The notes beneath the pieces were generated by a model that was given only the letters and a program-made list of their open reading frames with translations, was not told where the DNA came from and did not search any database. From Rhynchobatus australiae (taxonomy: Eukaryota), in the NCBI GenBank assembly GCA_034780895.1, contig JAUZTB010000078.1, positions 5,910,232-5,974,231 on the forward strand: 64,000 bases of DNA, given 5' to 3'. Positions 61,510 through 64,000 of the stretch are shown here, piece after piece. The translations under genes and the position numbers were made by a program. The stretch's first letter is position 1. Each line of letters begins with the position of its first letter.

Positions 61510-63689
61510 CATTCTTTCTATAATCAGACTAATGTGGTAATTGTACTGTTCAGGGAAAGTTCTAATGAGCTCATGAATATGGTAATTGGAAGTTGTGGAA
61601 CGTTAAGGGCATTGTAAGTTAATTTTTAAAGAGAATGGCTTGTGTGTTAGAGGGCAGGATGATATGAATTAGGTAAACTAAGGAGAGAATGGTGAGAAAT
61701 TGGCACTAAATGTATTGAAACTTGGATCATGTAAATTCTTACAGTAGCCCTGCTGTTCACATATGCCAGTTTTCGATCAGTAATGTGAAAGCACTGTTTG
61801 GCCCACGTCTCTTATTTGACCAGAGTAATGGTAGTGTGATTAATTGGAAGCAGACAGTTGGCAGTTCCCATTGATCATAAGATCATTGCAAGTGAAAGAT
61901 GTGCATTTTCTATTTACATTGCAAGGATATATATCTGAAATACTTTGAAATCAGTTTGAATGTCATTGGAAAATTTACCTTGCTCATTGCAAGAAAAATT
62001 TAGAAAAGCAGGGAGTGGTATGGGTGATCAAAACAAAACTACAGACAGGCCTTTTGCAGGGGCACAGATGTATATCTATAATCAGATTATTAAATTATAA
62101 CCTATTGAGTAAGAAAATTGGAATCCCTAGAGGATTTTTTAAACAAACAACTTCCACACTACTTCTTTCTCACCCCCACCCCCACAAGGGGACTGATCTT
62201 GAACCGACATTTTATCAAACCTCTCCTCTGCCACTCTTTGTTCTAGTTACCACTGCACTCTAACTCTCTCACTACGACAGTGTCTGCCGATCCCTCAAGT
62301 CTGGAGAGGTGATACATTCCTGCAGCTGATACTNNNNNNNNNNNNNNNNNNNNNNNNNNNNNNNNNNNNNNNNNNNNNNNNNNNNNNNNNNNNNNNNNNN
62401 NNNNNNNNNNNNNNNNNNNNNNNNNNNNNNNNNNNNNNNTCATTAACTCTATATTTCTGCCTACCCGTGGCAGTGTTCCATTCCCATTTTTAAAATCAAT
62501 CTATCTCTGTCTTATCTGCTTCCACTAACCTTTGAAAAAGAACATTTCAAAAATTCATAATTTCCCGAGGGAAGAAATTCTATCTTTAAATGATTACCTC
62601 TGTTTCAAATGGATGACTCCTTGAAGGGAGTCCTGAATAAGTTCCCCTTCTAGTATCAAATTATTCTCTGCATATCATAGTGCTTAGTACAGTGTGCTGA
62701 CCAAATCCTCCTGGGCTGGATAATGCACCGTGTCTGTACAGTTGATTATGTGGTAAGTATTTTCACTTACATATTCTGTTTACCTAATTGGAAAGCAACT
62801 GCTGGAAATGTAAGTCATCAATCTGAAACAATAACTATTTTTCTCTCTTCACAACACTGGCTGGCTGCTGAGTGTTTCCAGCATTCTGTTTTTTTTAACA
62901 AAGGCAAATCTGACCTGTGATTTGCTAAGGAACTGAAGATTGGCCCCTCAACGGATTCACTATTTTATAAGACCATAGCTGACCTGATAGTCACTTCATG
63001 TTCCTGTCCACTCATCGTAACCTTTCATGCCCTTGTTTATCAAATATCAATCTACCTCTGCCTTGAATATATTCAAAGACCAGTTCCACACCCGTAGCAG
63101 TTTGAATAGAGTTATAAGGACTCACGATCCACAGAGAAAACACGTACTTCCTCTTTCTAAATGGTCAACCCCCTGTTGTTAAACAATAACCCTTTGTTCT
63201 AAATTCTCCAACAGAGGAAACATCCTTTCCACATTTGCCCTAGCTTATATTTTAAGGTAGTCGCTTCTCTTCTAAACTTCAGCGGATACAAATCTAGTCT
63301 GCCAACCTTTCCTCATTGGACAACCCACCCATTCCAGGTGGAGACATGAGACTGCAGATGCTGGTGTCTGGAACTTAGCAGATCAAGCAGCATCCATGGA
63401 AGCAAAGAAATAGTTGGTGTTTCAGGTCAGGACCCTGCATTGGGACTGAGCATTTTTTTTTGCACCCATTCCAGCTGCTGTGAACTGCATCCAATGCATT
63501 AACATTGTTCCTGAAATAAATAGACCAGTATTATACACAGTATTCCAAATGTTGTCTCTGCCCATATTGAATTTATGAATATAACTTTTATACTTTTGTA
63601 TTTAATTCCCTTAACAATAAACAATAACACTGTTAGTTTTCCTGATAACCTGCTATACTAGTATATTAGCCTCTGGTGAATCATGCAAT

Positions 63690-64000
63690 AGGGTAGCACC
63701 ATGCCCCAGCTAGTAGAGCTGGTGCCTCACAGCTCCAGATACCAGTGTTTAATCCTGACCTCAGTTGCTGTCTGTGTGGAGATGTACATTCTCTCAAGCT
63801 GCATGGGTTTCTCCTGGGTGTTCAGGTTTCTTCTCATGTCCCAGAGCACACTGGTTGGAAAGTTAATTGGCTCCTAGTATATAGGTGAAGTAGAATCTGG
63901 GGGGAGGTGCTGAGGATGTGGGAGAATAAGATGAGATTAGTGTAAAAATTGGGCACTTTTTGGTTAGTACCACCAAAGGACCTGCTTCTGTGCTGTAGGA
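63690..64000 (+). mobile_element. V-SINE with CR1-derived tail
   Basis: tRNA-like head, gtctgtgtggagatgtacattctc...gggtttctcctgggtg core, aaggacctgcttctgtgctgta tail. Confidence 0.7.

Noticed and set aside
1-64000. Intronic snoRNA, tRNA, rRNA or CRISPR-like arrays
   Set aside because: No convincing box C/D or H/ACA structure, cloverleaf or repeat-spacer array recognised by eye; tRNA-like boxes belong to SINE heads. An Infernal/Rfam scan would be needed to exclude small RNAs.

Overview
Eukaryotic genomic scaffold with many N-gaps. Its repeats (CR1, Rex/Babar, RTE and L2-like LINEs, V-SINEs, Penelope remnants, Tigger-like MITEs) suggest a cartilaginous fish (inference). The window holds two paralogous AKAP95-family (AKAP8/AKAP8L-like) zinc-finger genes arranged head-to-head, with ATGs ~3.56 kb apart. 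Gene A is on the minus strand (ATG 28262, 9 coding exons visible, running off the left edge). Gene B is on the plus strand and complete (ATG 31819, 13 coding exons, 1953 nt, ~650 aa, stop 61253, AATAAA 61504). The two genes share intron phases and have exactly the same cumulative CDS length through exon 9 (1143 nt). Exon 4 plus ~100 nt of upstream intron is highly similar at DNA level, whereas exon 8 is heavily diverged at silent sites. This suggests local gene conversion or an RNA-level constrained element, which includes a shared alternative acceptor producing a premature stop. Other points: a solo LTR with a 5-bp TSD abutting the gene B promoter, very different core promoters, shared intron-1 YY1/CCAAT architecture, and a Glu/Gly-rich RPGR-ORF15-like C-terminal tail in gene B.
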